A stretch of 64,000 nt of DNA from Azolla caroliniana. Its lineage: Eukaryota; Plantae; Polypodiophyta. The stretch spans positions 1 to 64,000 of the forward strand of contig JBHGNT010000120.1 in the NCBI GenBank assembly GCA_043228905.1. The letters are read 5' to 3'. The notes below the pieces were generated by a model, which ran no database searches, had not been told where the DNA came from, and saw nothing but the letters and a program-made list of their open reading frames with translations. Position numbers and translations under genes: made by a program. Shown here piece by piece: positions 51,572-63,770 of this stretch (position 1 is the stretch's first letter; every line of letters starts with the position of its first letter).

Positions 51572-51847
51572 GTTTAGAATCGTGACCCTAGTGTACGTCG
51601 ACATCAAGAACACGACGACCAAGGATCATTCACGGAGTCATAATGCGCATCCGTCTCGACCGTCTAGAAAATGCGCGGATCTTGTATCCGCTGTTTTGGC
51701 TTAATGGATGCATTCATTTACGAGGATGATGATGTTTAATAGGTAAAAGAAATGGAACGGTTTATCCGGCACAAATTCCTCATCAAAAGTGCATCGCATG
51801 TCCATCGCGATCCTCAATGGAAGTACATTTTCCAATGGAAAACCGAA

Positions 51848-51920
51848 GATCCTATGGCCCAATGGATAAGGCGCTGGTCTACGAAACCAGAGATTCTAGG
51901 TTCGATCCCTGGTAGGATCG
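51848..51920 (+). tRNA. trnR-ACG: tRNA-Arg(ACG), unit 44
   Basis: copy of 922-994. Confidence 0.95.
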
Positions 51921-52683
51921 ATTAGGATTAGGTTCCGCTTCTCGAGAATCGGAATACAACGAGACTGTTGCGCAATCAATACATGCGTGGATCCCTTGGG
52001 GAAGGGATAACATCGCGTATTTGAACGTAATCATCGATCACGACGATGCCGTTCACATATTTCTGATGCGCATTCGCTCGAGGGAACATATGAACAATGC
52101 CTTTCTTGCTTACGCTCGCCGTGCTCCTGTCTGGCCTGGTTTGAATACAAGCGAGTAGACGCAAGAATGTGATGACGCCCAGTCGTTGTATGATGTGTAT
52201 TTGGACGTGGTCCTCAACAAGGATGACGTCGTTTGAAATTTAGAAACAATCTACACGAAGGCCACCGCTAAGACGTCGCATGCGCGATACTCTTCATTTG
52301 GTTAGAGTAGAATGCGCGTATTCGAGATTCAACGATGCAAATTTACGTACGAGTGGAAGAACCTAGCGGCCGGTATCATGAGACGAGAACGGTATCTACA
52401 CATCGGAGATTGACAGTTTGAGACGAAAACTCTTCTCGAAGGTCATTTGTATGGTTCATGCATGCTTTTCTATGGATTGCATTGCATGCGTCACACCGCA
52501 TACCTGTATCCGATAAACCCATTTAAGCGCATCTCCGTAATGTGGCGAGTAATAGAATGGTAAGGTAAGTGACAAGAGATCCCATGAAAAATACGATGAT
52601 CAAGAAATATGATGAGAAATGAGAGATCCTATCCGATCACGTGCGAGATCTTCATTCCTTTCACGTTTCGATGAATGGTCGAA

Positions 52684-52756
52684 GATCCTATGGCCTAATG
52701 GATAAGGCGTTGGTCTTCGAAACCAAAGATTCTAGGTTCGACCCCTAGTAGGATCG
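52684..52756 (+). tRNA. trnR-UCG: tRNA-Arg(TCG), unit 45
   Basis: copy of 573-645. Confidence 0.95.
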
Positions 52757-53032
52757 GTTTAGAATCGTGACCCTAGTGTACGTCGACATCAAGAACACGA
52801 CGACCAAGGATCATTCACGGAGTCATAATGCGCATCCGTCTCGACCGTCTAGAAAATGCGCGGATCTTGTATCCGCTGTTTTGGCTTAATGGATGCATTC
52901 ATTTACGAGGATGATGATGTTTAATAGGTAAAAGAAATGGAACGGTTTATCCGGCACAAATTCCTCATCAAAAGTGCATCGCATGTCCATCGCGATCCTC
53001 AATGGAAGTACATTTTCCAATGGAAAACCGAA

Positions 53033-53105
53033 GATCCTATGGCCCAATGGATAAGGCGCTGGTCTACGAAACCAGAGATTCTAGGTTCGATCCCTGGTAG
53101 GATCG
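53033..53105 (+). tRNA. trnR-ACG: tRNA-Arg(ACG), unit 45
   Basis: copy of 922-994. Confidence 0.95.
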
Positions 53106-53868
53106 ATTAGGATTAGGTTCCGCTTCTCGAGAATCGGAATACAACGAGACTGTTGCGCAATCAATACATGCGTGGATCCCTTGGGGAAGGGATAACATCG
53201 CGTATTTGAACGTAATCATCGATCACGACGATGCCGTTCACATATTTCTGATGCGCATTCGCTCGAGGGAACATATGAACAATGCCTTTCTTGCTTACGC
53301 TCGCCGTGCTCCTGTCTGGCCTGGTTTGAATACAAGCGAGTAGACGCAAGAATGTGATGACGCCCAGTCGTTGTATGATGTGTATTTGGACGTGGTCCTC
53401 AACAAGGATGACGTCGTTTGAAATTTAGAAACAATCTACACGAAGGCCACCGCTAAGACGTCGCATGCGCGATACTCTTCATTTGGTTAGAGTAGAATGC
53501 GCGTATTCGAGATTCAACGATGCAAATTTACGTACGAGTGGAAGAACCTAGCGGCCGGTATCATGAGACGAGAACGGTATCTACACATCGGAGATTGACA
53601 GTTTGAGACGAAAACTCTTCTCGAAGGTCATTTGTATGGTTCATGCATGCTTTTCTATGGATTGCATTGCATGCGTCACACCGCATACCTGTATCCGATA
53701 AACCCATTTAAGCGCATCTCCGTAATGTGGCGAGTAATAGAATGGTAAGGTAAGTGACAAGAGATCCCATGAAAAATACGATGATCAAGAAATATGATGA
53801 GAAATGAGAGATCCTATCCGATCACGTGCGAGATCTTCATTCCTTTCACGTTTCGATGAATGGTCGAA

Positions 53869-53941
53869 GATCCTATGGCCTAATGGATAAGGCGTTGGTC
53901 TTCGAAACCAAAGATTCTAGGTTCGACCCCTAGTAGGATCG
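53869..53941 (+). tRNA. trnR-UCG: tRNA-Arg(TCG), unit 46
   Basis: copy of 573-645. Confidence 0.95.
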
Positions 53942-54217
53942 GTTTAGAATCGTGACCCTAGTGTACGTCGACATCAAGAACACGACGACCAAGGATCATT
54001 CACGGAGTCATAATGCGCATCCGTCTCGACCGTCTAGAAAATGCGCGGATCTTGTATCCGCTGTTTTGGCTTAATGGATGCATTCATTTACGAGGATGAT
54101 GATGTTTAATAGGTAAAAGAAATGGAACGGTTTATCCGGCACAAATTCCTCATCAAAAGTGCATCGCATGTCCATGGCGATCCTCAATGGAAGTACATTT
54201 TCCAATGGAAAACCGAA

Positions 54218-54290
54218 GATCCTATGGCCCAATGGATAAGGCGCTGGTCTACGAAACCAGAGATTCTAGGTTCGATCCCTGGTAGGATCG
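54218..54290 (+). tRNA. trnR-ACG: tRNA-Arg(ACG), unit 46
   Basis: copy of 922-994. Confidence 0.95.
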
Positions 54291-55053
54291 ATTAGGATTA
54301 GGTTCCGCTTCTCGAGAATCGGAATACAACGAGACTGTTGCGCAATCAATACATGCGTGGATCCCTTGGGGAAGGGATAACATCGCGTATTTGAACGTAA
54401 TCATCGATCACGACGATGCCGTTCACATATTTCTGATGCGCATTCGCTCGAGGGAACATATGAACAATGCCTTTCTTGCTTACGCTCGCCGTGCTCCTGT
54501 CTGGCCTGGTTTGAATACAAGCGAGTAGACGCAAGAATGTGATGACGCCCAGTCGTTGTATGATGTGTATTTGGACGTGGTCCTCAACAAGGATGACGTC
54601 GTTTGAAATTTAGAAACAATCTACACGAAGGCCACCGCTAAGACGTCGCATGCGCGATACTCTTCATTTGGTTAGAGTAGAATGCGCGTATTCGAGATTC
54701 AACGATGCAAATTTACGTACGAGTGGAAGAACCTAGCGGCCGGTATCATGAGACGAGAACGGTATCTACACATCGGAGATTGACAGTTTGAGACGAAAAC
54801 TCTTCTCGAAGGTCATTTGTATGGTTCATGCATGCTTTTCTATGGATTGCATTGCATGCGTCACACCGCATACCTTTATCCGATAAACCCATTTAAGCGC
54901 ATCTCCGTAATGTGGCGAGTAATAGAATGGTAAGGTAAGTGACAAGAGATCCCATGAAAAATACGATGATCAAGAAATATGATGAGAAATGAGAGATCCT
55001 ATCCGATCACGTGCGAGATCTTCATTCCTTTCACGTTTCGATGAATGGTCGAA

Positions 55054-55126
55054 GATCCTATGGCCTAATGGATAAGGCGTTGGTCTTCGAAACCAAAGAT
55101 TCTAGGTTCGACCCCTAGTAGGATCG
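55054..55126 (+). tRNA. trnR-UCG: tRNA-Arg(TCG), unit 47
   Basis: copy of 573-645. Confidence 0.95.
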
Positions 55127-55402
55127 GTTTAGAATTGTGACCCTAGTGTACGTCGACATCAAGAACACGACGACCAAGGATCATTCACGGAGTCATAATG
55201 CGCATCCGTCTCGACCGTCTAGAAAATGCGCGGATCTTGTATCCGCTGTTTTGGCTTAATGGATGCATTCATTTACGAGGATGATGATGTTTAATAGGTA
55301 AAAGAAATGGAACGGTTTATCCGGCACAAATTCCTCATCAAAAGTGCATCGCATGTCCATCGCGATCCTCAATGGAAGTACATTTTCCAATGGAAAACCG
55401 AA

Positions 55403-55475
55403 GATCCTATGGCCCAATGGATAAGGCGCTGGTCTACGAAACCAGAGATTCTAGGTTCGATCCCTGGTAGGATCG
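55403..55475 (+). tRNA. trnR-ACG: tRNA-Arg(ACG), unit 47
   Basis: copy of 922-994. Confidence 0.95.
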
Positions 55476-56238
55476 ATTAGGATTAGGTTCCGCTTCTCGA
55501 GAATCGGAATACAACGAGACTGTTGCGCAATCAATACATGCGTGGATCCCTTGGGGAAGGGATAACATCGCGTATTTGAACGTAATCATCGATCACGACG
55601 ATGCCGTTCACATATTTCTGATGCGCATTCGCTCGAGGGAACATATGAACAATGCCTTTCTTGCTTACGCTCGCCGTGCTCCTGTCTGGCCTGGTTTGAA
55701 TACAAGCGAGTAGACGCAAGAATGTGATGACGCCCAGTCGTTGTATGATGTGTATTTGGACGTGGTCCTCAACAAGGATGACGTCGTTTGAAATTTAGAA
55801 ACAATCTACACGAAGGCCACCGCTAAGACGTCGCATGCGCGATACTCTTCATTTGGTTAGAGTAGAATGCGCGTATTCGAGATTCAACGATGCAAATTTA
55901 CGTACGAGTGGAAGAACCTAGCGGCCGGTATCATGAGACGAGAACGGTATCTACACATCGGAGATTGACAGTTTGAGACGAAAACTCTTCTCGAAGGTCA
56001 TTTGTATGGTTCATGCATGCTTTTCTATGGATTGCATTGCATGCGTCACACCGCATACCTGTATCCGATAAACCCATTTAAGCGCATCTCCGTAATGTGG
56101 CGAGTAATAGAATGGTAAGGTAAGTGACAAGAGATCCCATGAAAAATACGATGATCAAGAAATATGATGAGAAATGAGAGATCCTATCCGATCACGTGCG
56201 AGATCTTCATTCCTTTCACGTTTCGATGAATGGTCGAA

Positions 56239-56311
56239 GATCCTATGGCCTAATGGATAAGGCGTTGGTCTTCGAAACCAAAGATTCTAGGTTCGACCCC
56301 TAGTAGGATCG
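56239..56311 (+). tRNA. trnR-UCG: tRNA-Arg(TCG), unit 48
   Basis: copy of 573-645. Confidence 0.95.
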
Positions 56312-56587
56312 GTTTAGAATCGTGACCCTAGTGTACGTCGACATCAAGAACACGACGACCAAGGATCATTCACGGAGTCATAATGCGCATCCGTCTCGAC
56401 CGTCTAGAAAATGCGCGGATCTTGTATCCGCTGTTTTGGCTTAATGGATGCATTCATTTACGAGGATGATGATGTTTAATAGGTAAAAGAAATGGAACGG
56501 TTTATCCGGCACAAATTCCTCATCAAAAGTGCATCGCATGTCCATCGCGATCCTCAATGGAAGTACATTTTCCAATGGAAAACCGAA

Positions 56588-56660
56588 GATCCTATGGCCC
56601 AATGGATAAGGCGCTGGTCTACGAAACCAGAGATTCTAGGTTCGATCCCTGGTAGGATCG
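56588..56660 (+). tRNA. trnR-ACG: tRNA-Arg(ACG), unit 48
   Basis: copy of 922-994. Confidence 0.95.
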
Positions 56661-57423
56661 ATTAGGATTAGGTTCCGCTTCTCGAGAATCGGAATACAAC
56701 GAGACTGTTGCGCAATCAATACATGCGTGGATCCCTTGGGGAAGGGATAACATCGCGTATTTGAACGTAATCATCGATCACGACGATGCCGTTCACATAT
56801 TTCTGATGCGCATTCGCTCGAGGGAACATATGAACAATGCCTTTCTTGCTTACGCTCGCCGTGCTCCTGTCTGGCCTGGTTTGAATACAAGCGAGTAGAC
56901 GCAAGAATGTGATGACGCCCAGTCGTTGTATGATGTGTATTTGGACGTGGTCCTCAACAAGGATGACGTCGTTTGAAATTTAGAAACAATCTACACGAAG
57001 GCCACCGCTAAGACGTCGCATGCGCGATACTCTTCATTTGGTTAGAGTAGAATGCGCGTATTCGAGATTCAACGATGCAAATTTACGTACGAGTGGAAGA
57101 ACCTAGCGGCCGGTATCATGAGACGAGAACGGTATCTACACATCGGAGATTGACAGTTTGAGACGAAAACTCTTCTCGAAGGTCATTTGTATGGTTCATG
57201 CATGCTTTTCTATGGATTGCATTGCATGCGTCACACCGCATACCTGTATCCGATAAACCCATTTAAGCGCATCTCCGTAATGTGGCGAGTAATAGAATGG
57301 TAAGGTAAGTGACAAGAGATCCCATGAAAAATACGATGATCAAGAAATATGATGAGAAATGAGAGATCCTATCCGATCACGTGCGAGATCTTCATTCCTT
57401 TCACGTTTCGATGAATGGTCGAA

Positions 57424-57496
57424 GATCCTATGGCCTAATGGATAAGGCGTTGGTCTTCGAAACCAAAGATTCTAGGTTCGACCCCTAGTAGGATCG
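57424..57496 (+). tRNA. trnR-UCG: tRNA-Arg(TCG), unit 49
   Basis: copy of 573-645. Confidence 0.95.
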
Positions 57497-57772
57497 GTTT
57501 AGAATCGTGACCCTAGTGTACGTCGACATCAAGAACACGACGACCAAGGATCATTCACGGAGTCATAATGCGCATCCGTCTCGACCGTCTAGAAAATGCG
57601 CGGATCTTGTATCCGCTGTTTTGGCTTAATGGATGCATTCATTTACGAGGATGATGATGTTTAATAGGTAAAAGAAATGGAACGGTTTATCCGGCACAAA
57701 TTCCTCATCAAAAGTGCATCGCATGTCCATCGCGATCCTCAATGGAAGTACATTTTCCAATGGAAAACCGAA

Positions 57773-57845
57773 GATCCTATGGCCCAATGGATAAGGCGCT
57801 GGTCTACGAAACCAGAGATTCTAGGTTCGATCCCTGGTAGGATCG
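57773..57845 (+). tRNA. trnR-ACG: tRNA-Arg(ACG), unit 49
   Basis: copy of 922-994. Confidence 0.95.
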
Positions 57846-58608
57846 ATTAGGATTAGGTTCCGCTTCTCGAGAATCGGAATACAACGAGACTGTTGCGCAA
57901 TCAATACATGCGTGGATCCCTTGGGGAAGGGATAACATCGCGTATTTGAACGTAATCATCGATCACGACGATGCCGTTCACATATTTCTGATGCGCATTC
58001 GCTCGAGGGAACATATGAACAATGCCTTTCTTGCTTACGCTCGCCGTGCTCCTGTCTGGCCTGGTTTGAATACAAGCGAGTAGACGCAAGAATGTGATGA
58101 CGCCCAGTCGTTGTATGATGTGTATTTGGACGTGGTCCTCAACAAGGATGACGTCGTTTGAAATTTAGAAACAATCTACACGAAGGCCACCGCTAAGACG
58201 TCGCATGCGCGATACTCTTCATTTGGTTAGAGTAGAATGCGCGTATTCGAGATTCAACGATGCAAATTTACGTACGAGTGGAAGAACCTAGCGGCCGGTA
58301 TCATGAGACGAGAACGGTATCTACACATCGGAGATTGACAGTTTGAGACGAAAACTCTTCTCGAAGGTCATTTGTATGGTTCATGCATGCTTTTCTATGG
58401 ATTGCATTGCATGCGTCACACCGCATACCTTTATCCGATAAACCCATTTAAGCGCATCTCCGTAATGTGGCGAGTAATAGAATGGTAAGGTAAGTGACAA
58501 GAGATCCCATGAAAAATACGATGATCAAGAAATATGATGAGAAATGAGAGATCCTATCCGATCACGTGCGAGATCTTCATTCCTTTCACGTTTCGATGAA
58601 TGGTCGAA

Positions 58609-58681
58609 GATCCTATGGCCTAATGGATAAGGCGTTGGTCTTCGAAACCAAAGATTCTAGGTTCGACCCCTAGTAGGATCG
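58609..58681 (+). tRNA. trnR-UCG: tRNA-Arg(TCG), unit 50
   Basis: copy of 573-645. Confidence 0.95.
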
Positions 58682-58957
58682 GTTTAGAATCGTGACCCTA
58701 GTGTACGTCGACATCAAGAACACGACGACCAAGGATCATTCACGGAGTCATAATGCGCATCCGTCTCGACCGTCTAGAAAATGCGCGGATCTTGTATCCG
58801 CTGTTTTGGCTTAATGGATGCATTCATTTACGAGGATGATGATGTTTAATAGGTAAAAGAAATGGAACGGTTTATCCGGCACAAATTCCTCATCAAAAGT
58901 GCATCGCATGTCCATGGCGATCCTCAATGGAAGTACATTTTCCAATGGAAAACCGAA

Positions 58958-59030
58958 GATCCTATGGCCCAATGGATAAGGCGCTGGTCTACGAAACCAG
59001 AGATTCTAGGTTCGATCCCTGGTAGGATCG
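58958..59030 (+). tRNA. trnR-ACG: tRNA-Arg(ACG), unit 50
   Basis: copy of 922-994. Confidence 0.95.
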
Positions 59031-59793
59031 ATTAGGATTAGGTTCCGCTTCTCGAGAATCGGAATACAACGAGACTGTTGCGCAATCAATACATGCGTGG
59101 ATCCCTTGGGGAAGGGATAACATCGCGTATTTGAACGTAATCATCGATCACGACGATGCCGTTCACATATTTCTGATGCGCATTCGCTCGAGGGAACATA
59201 TGAACAATGCCTTTCTTGCTTACGCTCGCCGTGCTCCTGTCTGGCCTGGTTTGAATACAAGCGAGTAGACGCAAGAATGTGATGACGCCCAGTCGTTGTA
59301 TGATGTGTATTTGGACGTGGTCCTCAACAAGGATGACGTCGTTTGAAATTTAGAAACAATCTACACGAAGGCCACCGCTAAGACGTCGCATGCGCGATAC
59401 TCTTCATTTGGTTAGAGTAGAATGCGCGTATTCGAGATTCAACGATGCAAATTTACGTACGAGTGGAAGAACCTAGCGGCCGGTATCATGAGACGAGAAC
59501 GGTATCTACACATCGGAGATTGACAGTTTGAGACGAAAACTCTTCTCGAAGGTCATTTGTATGGTTCATGCATGCTTTTCTATGGATTGCATTGCATGCG
59601 TCACACCGCATACCTTTATCCGATAAACCCATTTAAGCGCATCTCCGTAATGTGGCGAGTAATAGAATGGTAAGGTAAGTGACAAGAGATCCCATGAAAA
59701 ATACGATGATCAAGAAATATGATGAGAAATGAGAGATCCTATCCGATCACGTGCGAGATCTTCATTCCTTTCACGTTTCGATGAATGGTCGAA

Positions 59794-59866
59794 GATCCTA
59801 TGGCCTAATGGATAAGGCGTTGGTCTTCGAAACCAAAGATTCTAGGTTCGACCCCTAGTAGGATCG
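59794..59866 (+). tRNA. trnR-UCG: tRNA-Arg(TCG), unit 51
   Basis: copy of 573-645. Confidence 0.95.
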
Positions 59867-60142
59867 GTTTAGAATCGTGACCCTAGTGTACGTCGACATC
59901 AAGAACACGACGACCAAGGATCATTCACGGAGTCATAATGCGCATCCGTCTCGACCGTCTAGAAAATGCGCGGATCTTGTATCCGCTGTTTTGGCTTAAT
60001 GGATGCATTCATTTACGAGGATGATGATGTTTAATAGGTAAAAGAAATGGAACGGTTTATCCGGCACAAATTCCTCATCAAAAGTGCATCGCATGTCCAT
60101 CGCGATCCTCAATGGAAGTACATTTTCCAATGGAAAACCGAA

Positions 60143-60215
60143 GATCCTATGGCCCAATGGATAAGGCGCTGGTCTACGAAACCAGAGATTCTAGGTTCGA
60201 TCCCTGGTAGGATCG
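60143..60215 (+). tRNA. trnR-ACG: tRNA-Arg(ACG), unit 51
   Basis: copy of 922-994. Confidence 0.95.
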
Positions 60216-60978
60216 ATTAGGATTAGGTTCCGCTTCTCGAGAATCGGAATACAACGAGACTGTTGCGCAATCAATACATGCGTGGATCCCTTGGGGAAGG
60301 GATAACATCGCGTATTTGAACGTAATCATCGATCACGACGATGCCGTTCACATATTTCTGATGCGCATTCGCTCGAGGGAACATATGAACAATGCCTTTC
60401 TTGCTTACGCTCGCCGTGCTCCTGTCTGGCCTGGTTTGAATACAAGCGAGTAGACGCAAGAATGTGATGACGCCCAGTCGTTGTATGATGTGTATTTGGA
60501 CGTGGTCCTCAACAAGGATGACGTCGTTTGAAATTTAGAAACAATCTACACGAAGGCCACCGCTAAGACGTCGCATGCGCGATACTCTTCATTTGGTTAG
60601 AGTAGAATGCGCGTATTCGAGATTCAACGATGCAAATTTACGTACGAGTGGAAGAACCTAGCGGCCGGTATCATGAGACGAGAACGGTATCTACACATCG
60701 GAGATTGACAGTTTGAGACGAAAACTCTTCTCGAAGGTCATTTGTATGGTTCATGCATGCTTTTCTATGGATTGCATTGCATGCGTCACACCGCATACCT
60801 TTATCCGATAAACCCATTTAAGCGCATCTCCGTAATGTGGCGAGTAATAGAATGGTAAGGTAAGTGACAAGAGATCCCATGAAAAATACGATGATCAAGA
60901 AATATGATGAGAAATGAGAGATCCTATCCGATCACGTGCGAGATCTTCATTCCTTTCACGTTTCGATGAATGGTCGAA

Positions 60979-61051
60979 GATCCTATGGCCTAATGGATAA
61001 GGCGTTGGTCTTCGAAACCAAAGATTCTAGGTTCGACCCCTAGTAGGATCG
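60979..61051 (+). tRNA. trnR-UCG: tRNA-Arg(TCG), unit 52
   Basis: copy of 573-645. Confidence 0.95.
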
Positions 61052-61327
61052 GTTTAGAATCGTGACCCTAGTGTACGTCGACATCAAGAACACGACGACC
61101 AAGGATCATTCACGGAGTCATAATGCGCATCCGTCTCGACCGTCTAGAAAATGCGCGGATCTTGTATCCGCTGTTTTGGCTTAATGGATGCATTCATTTA
61201 CGAGGATGATGATGTTTAATAGGTAAAAGAAATGGAACGGTTTATCCGGCACAAATTCCTCATCAAAAGTGCATCGCATGTCCATCGCGATCCTCAATGG
61301 AAGTACATTTTCCAATGGAAAACCGAA

Positions 61328-61400
61328 GATCCTATGGCCCAATGGATAAGGCGCTGGTCTACGAAACCAGAGATTCTAGGTTCGATCCCTGGTAGGATCG
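61328..61400 (+). tRNA. trnR-ACG: tRNA-Arg(ACG), unit 52
   Basis: copy of 922-994. Confidence 0.95.
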
Positions 61401-62163
61401 ATTAGGATTAGGTTCCGCTTCTCGAGAATCGGAATACAACGAGACTGTTGCGCAATCAATACATGCGTGGATCCCTTGGGGAAGGGATAACATCGCGTAT
61501 TTGAACGTAATCATCGATCACGACGATGCCGTTCACATATTTCTGATGCGCATTCGCTCGAGGGAACATATGAACAATGCCTTTCTTGCTTACGCTCGCC
61601 GTGCTCCTGTCTGGCCTGGTTTGAATACAAGCGAGTAGACGCAAGAATGTGATGACGCCCAGTCGTTGTATGATGTGTATTTGGACGTGGTCCTCAACAA
61701 GGATGACGTCGTTTGAAATTTAGAAACAATCTACACGAAGGCCACCGCTAAGACGTCGCATGCGCGATACTCTTCATTTGGTTAGAGTAGAATGCGCGTA
61801 TTCGAGATTCAACGATGCAAATTTACGTACGAGTGGAAGAACCTAGCGGCCGGTATCATGAGACGAGAACGGTATCTACACATCGGAGATTGACAGTTTG
61901 AGACGAAAACTCTTCTCGAAGGTCATTTGTATGGTTCATGCATGCTTTTCTATGGATTGCATTGCATGCGTCACACCGCATACCTTTATCCGATAAACCC
62001 ATTTAAGCGCATCTCCGTAATGTGGCGAGTAATAGAATGGTAAGGTAAGTGACAAGAGATCCCATGAAAAATACGATGATCAAGAAATATGATGAGAAAT
62101 GAGAGATCCTATCCGATCACGTGCGAGATCTTCATTCCTTTCACGTTTCGATGAATGGTCGAA

Positions 62164-62236
62164 GATCCTATGGCCTAATGGATAAGGCGTTGGTCTTCGA
62201 AACCAAAGATTCTAGGTTCGACCCCTAGTAGGATCG
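62164..62236 (+). tRNA. trnR-UCG: tRNA-Arg(TCG), unit 53
   Basis: copy of 573-645. Confidence 0.95.
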
Positions 62237-62512
62237 GTTTAGAATCGTGACCCTAGTGTACGTCGACATCAAGAACACGACGACCAAGGATCATTCACGG
62301 AGTCATAATGCGCATCCGTCTCGACCGTCTAGAAAATGCGCGGATCTTGTATCCGCTGTTTTGGCTTAATGGATGCATTCATTTACGAGGATGATGATGT
62401 TTAATAGGTAAAAGAAATGGAACGGTTTATCCGGCACAAATTCCTCATCAAAAGTGCATCGCATGTCCATGGCGATCCTCAATGGAAGTACATTTTCCAA
62501 TGGAAAACCGAA

Positions 62513-62585
62513 GATCCTATGGCCCAATGGATAAGGCGCTGGTCTACGAAACCAGAGATTCTAGGTTCGATCCCTGGTAGGATCG
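62513..62585 (+). tRNA. trnR-ACG: tRNA-Arg(ACG), unit 53
   Basis: copy of 922-994. Confidence 0.95.
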
Positions 62586-63348
62586 ATTAGGATTAGGTTC
62601 CGCTTCTCGAGAATCGGAATACAACGAGACTGTTGCGCAATCAATACATGCGTGGATCCCTTGGGGAAGGGATAACATCGCGTATTTGAACGTAATCATC
62701 GATCACGACGATGCCGTTCACATATTTCTGATGCGCATTCGCTCGAGGGAACATATGAACAATGCCTTTCTTGCTTACGCTCGCCGTGCTCCTGTCTGGC
62801 CTGGTTTGAATACAAGCGAGTAGACGCAAGAATGTGATGACGCCCAGTCGTTGTATGATGTGTATTTGGACGTGGTCCTCAACAAGGATGACGTCGTTTG
62901 AAATTTAGAAACAATCTACACGAAGGCCACCGCTAAGACGTCGCATGCGCGATACTCTTCATTTGGTTAGAGTAGAATGCGCGTATTCGAGATTCAACGA
63001 TGCAAATTTACGTACGAGTGGAAGAACCTAGCGGCCGGTATCATGAGACGAGAACGGTATCTACACATCGGAGATTGACAGTTTGAGACGAAAACTCTTC
63101 TCGAAGGTCATTTGTATGGTTCATGCATGCTTTTCTATGGATTGCATTGCATGCGTCACACCGCATACCTTTATCCGATAAACCCATTTAAGCGCATCTC
63201 CGTAATGTGGCGAGTAATAGAATGGTAAGGTAAGTGACAAGAGATCCCATGAAAAATACGATGATCAAGAAATATGATGAGAAATGAGAGATCCTATCCG
63301 ATCACGTGCGAGATCTTCATTCCTTTCACGTTTCGATGAATGGTCGAA

Positions 63349-63421
63349 GATCCTATGGCCTAATGGATAAGGCGTTGGTCTTCGAAACCAAAGATTCTAG
63401 GTTCGACCCCTAGTAGGATCG
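63349..63421 (+). tRNA. trnR-UCG: tRNA-Arg(TCG), unit 54
   Basis: copy of 573-645. Confidence 0.95.
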
Positions 63422-63697
63422 GTTTAGAATCGTGACCCTAGTGTACGTCGACATCAAGAACACGACGACCAAGGATCATTCACGGAGTCATAATGCGCAT
63501 CCGTCTCGACCGTCTAGAAAATGCGCGGATCTTGTATCCGCTGTTTTGGCTTAATGGATGCATTCATTTACGAGGATGATGATGTTTAATAGGTAAAAGA
63601 AATGGAACGGTTTATCCGGCACAAATTCCTCATCAAAAGTGCATCGCATGTCCATCGCGATCCTCAATGGAAGTACATTTTCCAATGGAAAACCGAA

Positions 63698-63770
63698 GAT
63701 CCTATGGCCCAATGGATAAGGCGCTGGTCTACGAAACCAGAGATTCTAGGTTCGATCCCTGGTAGGATCG
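63698..63770 (+). tRNA. trnR-ACG: tRNA-Arg(ACG), unit 54
   Basis: copy of 922-994. Confidence 0.95.
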
